A DNA stretch of 26,741 nt from a virus. Its lineage: Duplodnaviria; Caudoviricetes. The position numbers and the translations under genes were made by a program. The stretch covers positions 1 through 26,741 of IMG/VR virus record IMGVR_UViG_3300035200_000096, one strand, 5' to 3'. Below the pieces are notes generated by a model that saw only the letters and a list, made by a program, of their open reading frames with translations, searched no databases and had not been told where the DNA came from. Positions 1 to 7,335 of this stretch are shown piece by piece (within the stretch, counting starts at the first letter, position 1; the number at the start of each line of letters is the position of its first letter).

Positions 1-2
1 CA

Positions 3-38
3 TAGGCAAAAGACCCCTAAATCGGTTATAAAGAACAC
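3..38 (+). promoter_or_regulatory. possible sigma70-like promoter giving a leaderless terS mRNA
   Basis: TAGGCA (3-8), 18 nt spacer, TATAAA (27-32), then 6 nt to the ATG at 39; no Shine-Dalgarno. Confidence 0.35.
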
Positions 39-482
39 ATGACACCGAAACAAGCCGCAGATTTCCACAGGACGGTCAAGGACCGACTTGACGAACTTCA
101 GCCCGCATATAGGCTGACCAAAGAGGAACGAGCCTATTTCGACAAGGTCATCAGGTCTCGTGAACTGGATACCTGGAATCCCGCTGACCTTCTCATCGTT
201 TCCGACCTATCCCGCTGCCTCGTTCAAGTGGACCTGTACTACTCTCAACTGATCGTCGATGGGCCGACAGTCACGAACTTCAAGACGGGCACTGTCACGC
301 AGAATCCCATCGCCGCGGTATTGGCCTCGTGCCGCGGCAATGCCGCGACCTATCTGCGTATGCTCGGGCTGACCTCTGGCGCCCGCGCGCTAGCCACGAA
401 GGATCAACGGGGTCGCAACAACAGTGACCGCCAAGCACAAGAAGCCATCGACCGTGCCGCCGCAGACAATCTCCTCGCTTGA
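39..482 (+). CDS. terS: terminase small subunit (P27-like)
   Basis: 147 aa directly upstream of TerL; NP...LGLT motif typical of P27-family small terminases. Confidence 0.8.
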   Translation: MTPKQAADFHRTVKDRLDELQPAYRLTKEERAYFDKVIRSRELDTWNPADLLIVSDLSRCLVQVDLYYSQLIVDGPTVTNFKTGTVTQNPIAAVLASCRGNAATYLRMLGLTSGARALATKDQRGRNNSDRQAQEAIDRAAADNLLA

Positions 483-2070
483 GCGGGCGATTCGTTGCGG
501 GCCGATACCCGTCGATCTCGAAGGCTGGAAAACCAAACCGATCGCCAAGTTGACCAAGGGTGAGCGGGTGTGCCGCTTCGCCCTTGAGCACCTCGTGATA
601 CCTGAAGGGCCGAAGGTCGGCCAAAAGCTCGTGCTCGAACCGGAGCAGGTCGCATTCATCCTCGCGGTCTTCGACAACCCCATCCACACGAGCAAGGCCA
701 TCCTCTCGATGGCCCGCCGCAACGGCAAGACCTTCGTCATTGCGGTCATCCTGCTGGCCTTCATCGTCGGCCCGCTGGCCTACGAGAACTCGGTGATCGC
801 CAGCGCCGCCATGTCCCGAGATCAGGCTGCGTTGTGCTTCCGCCTCATGTGGTTGATGCTCGAAGGCAGCCCCACGCTAGCCAACTTGTTCAAGATCATC
901 CCGTCGTCGAAGCGCATCATCGGAGTGCGCAAGAACGTCGAGTACCTCGCCCTGTCCGCCGACGCGCGCACGGGTCACGGCAAGTCGTTGCGCGTGCTGC
1001 TGCTCGATGAGGCTGGGCAGATCGTCGAGGCCGAGAACGAATATGTGTCGATGCTGCGCACGAGCCAGGGCTCCTACGACGATGCCCTCATGCTCATCGT
1101 GAGCACGCAGGCGCCGAGCGACGCATCGTTCCTGAGCCTGGAGATCGACCACGCGATCAACGATCGGCCCCAGGACGTCGTATGCCACCTGTACTCCGCA
1201 GACGACGGGTGCGACATCCTGGACGAGAAGCAGTGGCGTTACGCGAACCCCGGCCTCGGGAAGTACCGCAGCGAGCGCGACCTGGGGCGGCAACTGCGCG
1301 AGGCGCTGGCGCTGCCGGCGAAGATGCCTGGGGTCATGAACCTGCTGCTCAACATGCGGGTCAGCGCAAGCTCGGTCTTCATCTCACCGCAGGTCTGGAA
1401 GTCGAACAACTCCCCGGTGGACCTGGAGGTCTTCCGCAAGGCCGAGAAGGTGGTGCTGGGCCTCGACCTGTCGGTGGTCAACGACCTGACCGCCGCCGTC
1501 GCCTGCGCCCTCGACGCCGACGGCGACGTTCATGCCATGACCTTCGCATTCACCCCGCTGGGAGGGATCAAGGAACGGTCCCTGCGCGATCGGGTGCCCT
1601 ATGACGAGTGGGCCAGGACAGGGGTGATCTACGCGCCGGCCGGCGACACCCTCGACTACGACATGATCTGCCGGTATCTGCGCGAGAGGTTCGAGGCGCT
1701 GAGCGTGACCATCGACGAGGTGCAGTTCGACCGCTTCCGCATCGACGTGTTCAAAGCCGCCGCCCATCGCCAGGGGTTCGCCCAGGAGGCGGAGTACGTC
1801 CCCGTCGGTCAGGGATTTGTCAGCATGGCACCGCGGCTGGATGCCCTGGAGACGGCCCTGCTCCAGCGCCGGGTGCGCCACGGCAACAACCCGGTGCTGA
1901 ACATGGCAGCCGCCAATGCCATCGTCGAGCGCGACAACGTGGGCAACCGCAGACCCACGAAGAAGAAGTCGGCCCAGAAGATCGACGCTCTCGTGAGCCT
2001 GCTCATGTCGGCCTACCCGCTGATCGCCACAGTGACCGAAGAAGCAGACGTCAATGCGATGATCGGCTAG
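424..2070 (+). CDS. terL: terminase large subunit
   Basis: Walker A MARRNGKT, Walker B LLLDEAG, nuclease GLDLS..NDLTA and KIDAL motifs. Confidence 0.97.
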   Translation: MTAKHKKPSTVPPQTISSLERAIRCGPIPVDLEGWKTKPIAKLTKGERVCRFALEHLVIPEGPKVGQKLVLEPEQVAFILAVFDNPIHTSKAILSMARRNGKTFVIAVILLAFIVGPLAYENSVIASAAMSRDQAALCFRLMWLMLEGSPTLANLFKIIPSSKRIIGVRKNVEYLALSADARTGHGKSLRVLLLDEAGQIVEAENEYVSMLRTSQGSYDDALMLIVSTQAPSDASFLSLEIDHAINDRPQDVVCHLYSADDGCDILDEKQWRYANPGLGKYRSERDLGRQLREALALPAKMPGVMNLLLNMRVSASSVFISPQVWKSNNSPVDLEVFRKAEKVVLGLDLSVVNDLTAAVACALDADGDVHAMTFAFTPLGGIKERSLRDRVPYDEWARTGVIYAPAGDTLDYDMICRYLRERFEALSVTIDEVQFDRFRIDVFKAAAHRQGFAQEAEYVPVGQGFVSMAPRLDALETALLQRRVRHGNNPVLNMAAANAIVERDNVGNRRPTKKKSAQKIDALVSLLMSAYPLIATVTEEADVNAMIG

Positions 2071-2876
2071 TTCCAGACCCACGTCTTGACGATCTCCAGC
2101 GGATCGTTCAGGTCCGGCACCTCGAACTCCATCGGGTTGCGCTTGGTCGGCAGCGACTCCCAATCCAACTTGAGTGCGCGCTCGTACAGCGCGGTTAGGA
2201 AGTTGAGGTCCAACCACTCGTCCTGGGTGTGCTGCCGGTAGTAGCCGCATCCGATGTTCGTGCATTCGGGGATGAAGTCCACGAACTCGGCAGTGTCCGT
2301 GTAAACGCCCCTGTCGCTCGGGGCATAGAGCAGACGCTCGTCCGCCGACAGTTCGTCGGACAACGCGAAGGCGAACTCGTCCGATGCGCAGCGCCCTCCA
2401 GCTTGGTGAGTGATCACCTCGTAGGTGTCGGCGCGGTCGAAGGTGATTGCCCGCCGGAACTTGCAGAGCAGGTCGGGCATCGCGTCCGCGACGTGGTTCG
2501 CGCCGATACCACCCACTTCCTCGCCACGGGTGAACAGGTAGTACCCGGGAATCCGATGGTGCATCATGCCTGCCAGGATCGCCACCCCAGCGCCGTCGTC
2601 GGCCCCGAGCACACCCCCACCGGCCACGCGGAGCTTGCCGGTGTCCCAGCCGATGACCTTCTGCTTTCCTGCCCTGTAGTGGACGGTGTCCACATGGGCC
2701 ACGAACAGGGTCTTGGTGTGCTTCTTGCGCAGGTCAACATGCAGGTTGCCCGCCGTGTCGATGAACGAGTACCGGGAAAGCTCAGGGCGCTCCAGGTAGG
2801 CGATGAGACGGCCCTCCTGGACGGAACCGTAGGGGCGGCGAAGTGAGAGTGCGTAGCGCAGGGTTTCGATGAACAT
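2067..2876 (-). CDS. M28/M20-type zinc metallopeptidase
   Basis: AHVDTV, GADDGAG, EEVGGIGA, TFD and a late His (QHT) as metal ligands; ATG 2876 preferred over GTG 2915 because of the promoter position. Confidence 0.85.
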   Translation of the reverse strand: MFIETLRYALSLRRPYGSVQEGRLIAYLERPELSRYSFIDTAGNLHVDLRKKHTKTLFVAHVDTVHYRAGKQKVIGWDTGKLRVAGGGVLGADDGAGVAILAGMMHHRIPGYYLFTRGEEVGGIGANHVADAMPDLLCKFRRAITFDRADTYEVITHQAGGRCASDEFAFALSDELSADERLLYAPSDRGVYTDTAEFVDFIPECTNIGCGYYRQHTQDEWLDLNFLTALYERALKLDWESLPTKRNPMEFEVPDLNDPLEIVKTWVWN

Positions 2877-2882
2877 GCGCGT

Positions 2883-2912
2883 ATTGTACTCGACAACACG
2901 ATCAGGTGGCAA
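2883..2912 (-). promoter_or_regulatory. sigma70-like promoter for the peptidase (leaderless)
   Basis: minus strand reads TTGCCA-18 nt-TACAAT-6 nt-ATG. Confidence 0.6.
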
Positions 2913-2920
2913 CACCTCTG

Positions 2921-2948
2921 TTGCATTCTCTCGGAGTGGGTATACACT
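2921..2948 (+). promoter_or_regulatory. sigma70-like promoter for the head operon
   Basis: TTGCAT-16 nt-TACACT; back-to-back with the peptidase promoter; inverted repeat GCAACA-CCTC-TGTTGC (2909-2924) overlaps both -35 boxes. Confidence 0.45.
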
Positions 2949-2956
2949 CTGCCGTC

Positions 2957-3079
2957 ATGAACGCCCAGCGATCCCGCCCAGGCGCCGACGAGCGTAAATC
3001 CGGCCCTCCGCCAGTCAAGCGGAAGGACGACGGTGGCACCCCCAAGGGACCACCGGATGAGCAGTCTCGTCGAAAGTGA
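2957..3079 (+). CDS. small 40-aa Pro/charged hypothetical protein
   Basis: MNAQRSRPGADERKSGPPPVKRKDDGGTPKGPPDEQSRRK; ATG 8 nt after the putative -10; overlaps the protease start. Confidence 0.35.
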   Translation: MNAQRSRPGADERKSGPPPVKRKDDGGTPKGPPDEQSRRK

Positions 3080-3632
3080 GCGGTCACTAACCGCGAGCAT
3101 CACCAAGGGCGCCGATCTGGCGTTCGTCATGTCGTCCGGCACGCCGGACAGGGTGCAGGACACCATCGACCCGGCGGCGTATTCGCCGAACCTGGGCAAG
3201 CGCCTCATCGCCCTGTGGCAGCACGACCACGACAAACCGGTAGGCTATTGGGACGACCTGAAGGTGCAGGGCAAGCGACTGGTGGGCCGGCTGACGCTGG
3301 CCGGCACCGAACTCGCCAAGATGGTCCGCGAACTCCTGGACGCTGATGTCCCCCTCGGCGCCAGCATCGGCTTCCGAGGTGCGGGCAAGCTCAACGACGA
3401 CGGCGGCATCCACTTCAAGACGATCGAGCTTCTCGAATGCTCGATCGTCAGCGTGCCCGCCCACCCCGAGGCGATGCGTATCGCCAAGGCGTTCCATCTC
3501 GAACATCTGCTACCCCAGGCGTCGGGGTCGCGGCGGGCCGCGTCAGGCCACAACCCGGCGCAAGCCGACACCATCGTCCGCGCGAAAGCCGCCATCCTGT
3601 CGGCCAATCGCACACTGAGGAAGAAGTCATGA
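3057..3632 (+). CDS. HK97-family prohead protease
   Basis: LWQHDHDKPVG (His), GASIGF (Ser), ELLECSIVSVPAHPEA; AAGGGA RBS before ATG 3057. Confidence 0.95.
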   Translation: MSSLVESERSLTASITKGADLAFVMSSGTPDRVQDTIDPAAYSPNLGKRLIALWQHDHDKPVGYWDDLKVQGKRLVGRLTLAGTELAKMVRELLDADVPLGASIGFRGAGKLNDDGGIHFKTIELLECSIVSVPAHPEAMRIAKAFHLEHLLPQASGSRRAASGHNPAQADTIVRAKAAILSANRTLRKKS

Positions 3633-5089
3633 ATCTCGCAGACCGCATCAAGGCCGCCGAGGAAGCCCTCGTCGCCGTCAAGGACCAACTGGTCGAAGCC
3701 ACCAAGGCCCTGGAAGCCTCCCCCGACGAGGAGTCGCTGCTGACCCAGGTCGAGGAACTGACCACCAAGGTCACCAAGGGTGACGCTTCGCTGGCCGCGC
3801 TGAAGAAGGCCGAGCAGGCGCTGGCCGCCCGCGCCACCTCCGCCCCCGCCGTCGTGCAGTCGCAGCACCTCCAGAAGAACTCGCCGAAGCAGGCCGGCGA
3901 CATCATGTTCAAGCACGCCACGGCGTCGCTGCTGGCCTTCATCGAGAAGAAGCCCGTCGCCCAGGTGGTCGAGGAGCGGTACGCCGACGCGACCTACCTG
4001 AAGGCTGCCCTGAGCCTCACCACCAAGACCGCCGTGGCGCCCGCCATGACCGACGTCGCCGGCTGGGCCGAGGAACTGACGCGCGAAGACACGATGGGCT
4101 TCATCGACTCGCTGAAGGACGTGTCGGTGGGCGCCGCCTTGGCCGCCCGCGCCACGCGGCTGAACTTCGGTGGCGCCGCGAGCCTGAAGATTCCGCGTCG
4201 CAACCCGCTGGCCGCGTCGCTGACCGAGCCGGCCTGGGTGGGCGAGGGCGGCGTGATCCCGCTGACGCGCTTCTCGTTCGGCAGCACCACGCTGAACCGC
4301 TACAAGCTGGCCGCGATCACCACGTTCACCCGTGAGATCGCCGAGCGCAGCACCCCGGCCATCGAGGGTCTGCTGCGCGAGGCGCTGCGCGAGGCGTATG
4401 CCGAGGTGCTGGATGGTGCGCTCCTGAGCACCGCCGCCGGCGTGCCGGGTGTCCGCCCGAGCGGCCTGCTCTACAGCGACTTCGGCACCCCGGGCGCGAT
4501 CGCTCCGATCGCTCCGACCGCTGGTGGCGGCGAGGATGCGGTGCGCGGTGACATCATGAAGCTGGTGGGGGCCATGACCGCGGCCCGCGTCGGCGCCCGT
4601 CCGGTGCTCCTGGTGAACAACCTGGATCGCCTCGCGGTGTCGATGATGACCAGCGCCATGAGTGAGTACATCTTCCGCGACGAACTCGCCAGCGGCAACC
4701 TGCTGGGCATCCCTGTCATCGCCTCGGCCAACGTCCCGCAGCACCATGTCGTGCTGGTGGACGCGGCCTATCTGGCGACGGCGTTCGATGCGCCGATGTT
4801 CGATGTCAGCGATGTCGCCACCGTGGTCGAGGCCAACGCCGACGGCACCGCCCCGACGCAGGCCGGCACCACTGGCGCGCATCCGGGCGCCGTGGGCACG
4901 GCCGGTCAGGTGCCGAAGGACGGTGGCATCCCGGTCAGCGGTGGCACCGGCAATGCGAGCACCGGCTACACGACCCGCAGCCTGTGGCAGACGTACAGCC
5001 TCGGCCTGCGCATGGTCTCCCCGACCACCTGGGCAATGATGCAACCGGGCGCCGTGCAACACAGCACGCCGACCACCTGGACGGCTTAA
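3629..5089 (+). CDS. HK97-fold major capsid protein with N-terminal coiled-coil delta domain
   Basis: ATGA overlap with protease; WVGEGGVIP, KLAAITTFTREI, LLGIPVI motifs; 486 aa. Confidence 0.95.
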   Translation: MNLADRIKAAEEALVAVKDQLVEATKALEASPDEESLLTQVEELTTKVTKGDASLAALKKAEQALAARATSAPAVVQSQHLQKNSPKQAGDIMFKHATASLLAFIEKKPVAQVVEERYADATYLKAALSLTTKTAVAPAMTDVAGWAEELTREDTMGFIDSLKDVSVGAALAARATRLNFGGAASLKIPRRNPLAASLTEPAWVGEGGVIPLTRFSFGSTTLNRYKLAAITTFTREIAERSTPAIEGLLREALREAYAEVLDGALLSTAAGVPGVRPSGLLYSDFGTPGAIAPIAPTAGGGEDAVRGDIMKLVGAMTAARVGARPVLLVNNLDRLAVSMMTSAMSEYIFRDELASGNLLGIPVIASANVPQHHVVLVDAAYLATAFDAPMFDVSDVATVVEANADGTAPTQAGTTGAHPGAVGTAGQVPKDGGIPVSGGTGNASTGYTTRSLWQTYSLGLRMVSPTTWAMMQPGAVQHSTPTTWTA

Positions 5090-5128
5090 CCTGTCCCTCC
5101 TGTGATGGCAGCAGTTGCCGTCGCGTTC

Positions 5129-5159
5129 GCCCCGGGGTCTGACGGCTCCGGGGCCTTTT
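5129..5159 (+). terminator. Rho-independent terminator after the capsid gene
   Basis: GCCCCGGGGTC-TGAC-GGCTCCGGGGC stem followed by CTTTT. Confidence 0.7.
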
Positions 5160-5196
5160 CACAGGGTCGCGTTCGGTCCTGTGCAAAGGCCACACC

Positions 5197-5592
5197 ATGA
5201 TCCTCGAACTCTACAAGCGCACCGCCACCATCGCCGGGTATCGCTTCCGCAAGGTCTCGACCCCGACCCCAGGTGCGAAGAAGATCAACTCGCGGCTGTA
5301 CGACGCCACGCACATCACAGCCGTCGCCCCGACCGTGACCACGGCGCCGGTCATCGCCGGAACGGCGAACGTGGGCCAGACCCTGACCTGTACCCCGGGC
5401 GTCTATGCTGGCGTTCCCGCACCGACCGTGACGCGGCAATGGAAGGCTGGCACCGCGAACATCCCCGGGGCCACCGGACTGACCTACGTGGTCGCCGCGG
5501 GCGACTCTGGAAAGAGCATCACCTGTGTCGAGACGGCGACGAACGCCTCCGGCAGCGTCACCGGCACTTCCAACGCCATTGCGGCGCCCTGA
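5197..5592 (+). CDS. Ig-like domain virion (capsid decoration) protein
   Basis: APVIAGTANVGQTLTC...QWK...IPGATGLTYVV..GDSGKSITC pattern; follows the capsid gene. Confidence 0.75.
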   Translation: MILELYKRTATIAGYRFRKVSTPTPGAKKINSRLYDATHITAVAPTVTTAPVIAGTANVGQTLTCTPGVYAGVPAPTVTRQWKAGTANIPGATGLTYVVAAGDSGKSITCVETATNASGSVTGTSNAIAAP

Positions 5593-5594
5593 GC

Positions 5595-5795
5595 ATGCTG
5601 TTCGATCTCGGCAACAAGACCTGGATCAACGTCCAGCAGATCGTCACCGCCCAGGAGGAGAAAGGCGGCGACGAGTACCGACTGTTCATGAACGACGACA
5701 AGGTTGTCGTCGTGACCAAGAGCCAGTTCTACGAAATTCGCACCATGCCCGCCGGCTCGTTCCGCTTCTCTGGTGTCATGGAGCCTGTCGCATGA
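5595..5795 (+). CDS. hypothetical protein (66 aa)
   Basis: MLFDLGNKTWINV...; fills the gap and its stop overlaps the next start (ATGA). Confidence 0.65.
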   Translation: MLFDLGNKTWINVQQIVTAQEEKGGDEYRLFMNDDKVVVVTKSQFYEIRTMPAGSFRFSGVMEPVA

Positions 5796-5995
5796 CCATC
5801 GCCTTCCTTCTGCGCTCCGGAGCGCATGGCCCTCGCGCGCACCCCATCAAGGTCGATGAGGCGCAGGCCCTCGTGAAGCGTGGTCTGGCGCGGCTCCTGC
5901 GCCCGAAGGTCTACGAGGAGATCGTGCCTGATCCGACCTATGAGACCAAGGTGATGACCCCCCGGCGGAAGAAATCCATCGAGGACTTGCTGTGA
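5792..5995 (+). CDS. small head-region hypothetical protein (67 aa)
   Basis: MTIAFLLRSG...YETKVMTP; coupled on both sides (ATGA, GTGA). Confidence 0.7.
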   Translation: MTIAFLLRSGAHGPRAHPIKVDEAQALVKRGLARLLRPKVYEEIVPDPTYETKVMTPRRKKSIEDLL

Positions 5996-7335
5996 AACTC
6001 ACGCAACGGATCAAGTCGTGGTTCGGTGGCGCGCAGGAAGGGTCATGGCGCGGCCCGTTCTTCGGTGTCGGCGAGCTTGGCGACGCCTTCTCGATGGGTC
6101 CGCTCGAAGACGGGTGGCAGCGGCACCTGCACGTCGGCTCGTCCGCCGACAAGGTGGCAGCGGTCTACTCGATCGTCATGCTCTACGCTCGAGCTGTCAG
6201 CCAGTGCGAAGCGAAGCATCAACGGTTAAACGACCAGGGTGGTTACGACACCGTGACGACCTCGCCGGCCAGTCGAGTGCTGTACCGGCCGAACGACTAC
6301 GAGACGTGGCCCCAGATCATCCTGAACACCGTCTCCGAGATGCTGTTCCGGGGTGAATCGTTGTGGGTCGCCACCCGCGACGACCGTTTCCAGGTGACCG
6401 CCGTGCATCGAATCGCCCGGGGTGGCTGGAGCGTGCATGTCGATCCGACGACGCGCGCCGTGTTCTATGGGCTCGGGGACCACTCCAATCCCCTCACCCC
6501 GACCCTGGAGTCTCTGGCTCCGTCGCGTGACGTAGCGCACTTCCGCATGCACACCCCGCGGCACCCGTTGATGGGAGAGTCCCCGGTAAGCGCCGCGGCG
6601 ATGGCGGTCGGCATCAACGTCGCGTTGAACCACTCGCAACTGGCGTTCTTCAGCCGGATGAATCGGCCCAGCGGCGTGCTTTCGACCGACGTGAACCTGA
6701 CTGTCGCGCAGATCAAGCAGTTGCGCGAAGCGTTCGACAACCAGAGCAAGCAAATGAACTCGGGTGGCATCCCCATCCTGGGTTCCGGCCTGAAGTTCAG
6801 CCCGATGGGCATTGCGCAGAACGACGCGCAACTGATCGAGCAGCAGCGCCTGTCCTTCGTGGACATCTGTCGCGTCTACGGTGTGCCAGCCCCGCTGTTG
6901 CCGGAGACGGCCGGCGGCACGGTCGGAGGCACCGAGGCGATGATCAACCACTGGTTGTCGATTGGTCTGGGCTCGATGCTCACCAGCATCGAGCAGACCA
7001 TTGCGCGCTTGTTCGACCTCCGTCCAGAAAGTCGCATCCACTTTGATCCGGCCCCGTTGCTTCGGGTTGACTTCGTGGGTCGCATCGAAGGGCTCGTGAA
7101 AGCGGTCCAGGGCGGACTCATGACGCCGGACGAGGCGCGTTCGACCGAGGGCCGCCGACGCATCGAAGGTGGAGGCGAGGGCTACATGCAGCAGCAGATG
7201 GTGCCGCTGACCTTGCTCAATGCCATGCACCAAGCGACGATCTCTGCGAAGCAACCTCAATCGCCCCCGCAGCCGATCGAAGCCTCACTCGCCGTTGCGC
7301 GAGATGCCATTGCGAAAGCCATGCACCATGAATGA
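5992..7335 (+). CDS. HK97-family portal protein
   Basis: LYRPNDYETW, HFR...GESP, RPSGVL, GLKFSPM, ICRVYGVP, GLMTPDEAR motifs. Confidence 0.95.
   Translation: MKLTQRIKSWFGGAQEGSWRGPFFGVGELGDAFSMGPLEDGWQRHLHVGSSADKVAAVYSIVMLYARAVSQCEAKHQRLNDQGGYDTVTTSPASRVLYRPNDYETWPQIILNTVSEMLFRGESLWVATRDDRFQVTAVHRIARGGWSVHVDPTTRAVFYGLGDHSNPLTPTLESLAPSRDVAHFRMHTPRHPLMGESPVSAAAMAVGINVALNHSQLAFFSRMNRPSGVLSTDVNLTVAQIKQLREAFDNQSKQMNSGGIPILGSGLKFSPMGIAQNDAQLIEQQRLSFVDICRVYGVPAPLLPETAGGTVGGTEAMINHWLSIGLGSMLTSIEQTIARLFDLRPESRIHFDPAPLLRVDFVGRIEGLVKAVQGGLMTPDEARSTEGRRRIEGGGEGYMQQQMVPLTLLNAMHQATISAKQPQSPPQPIEASLAVARDAIAKAMHHE

Noticed and set aside
3437-3628. Upstream extensions of the capsid, fibre (7220) and gpJ (19301) ORFs
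   Set aside because: They overlap upstream genes; coupled ATG starts at 3629, 7328 and 19556 fit better.
3245-5062. Long antisense ORFs (605 aa here; 688 aa at 19904-21970)
   Set aside because: Shadows of GC-rich coding genes with no motifs.
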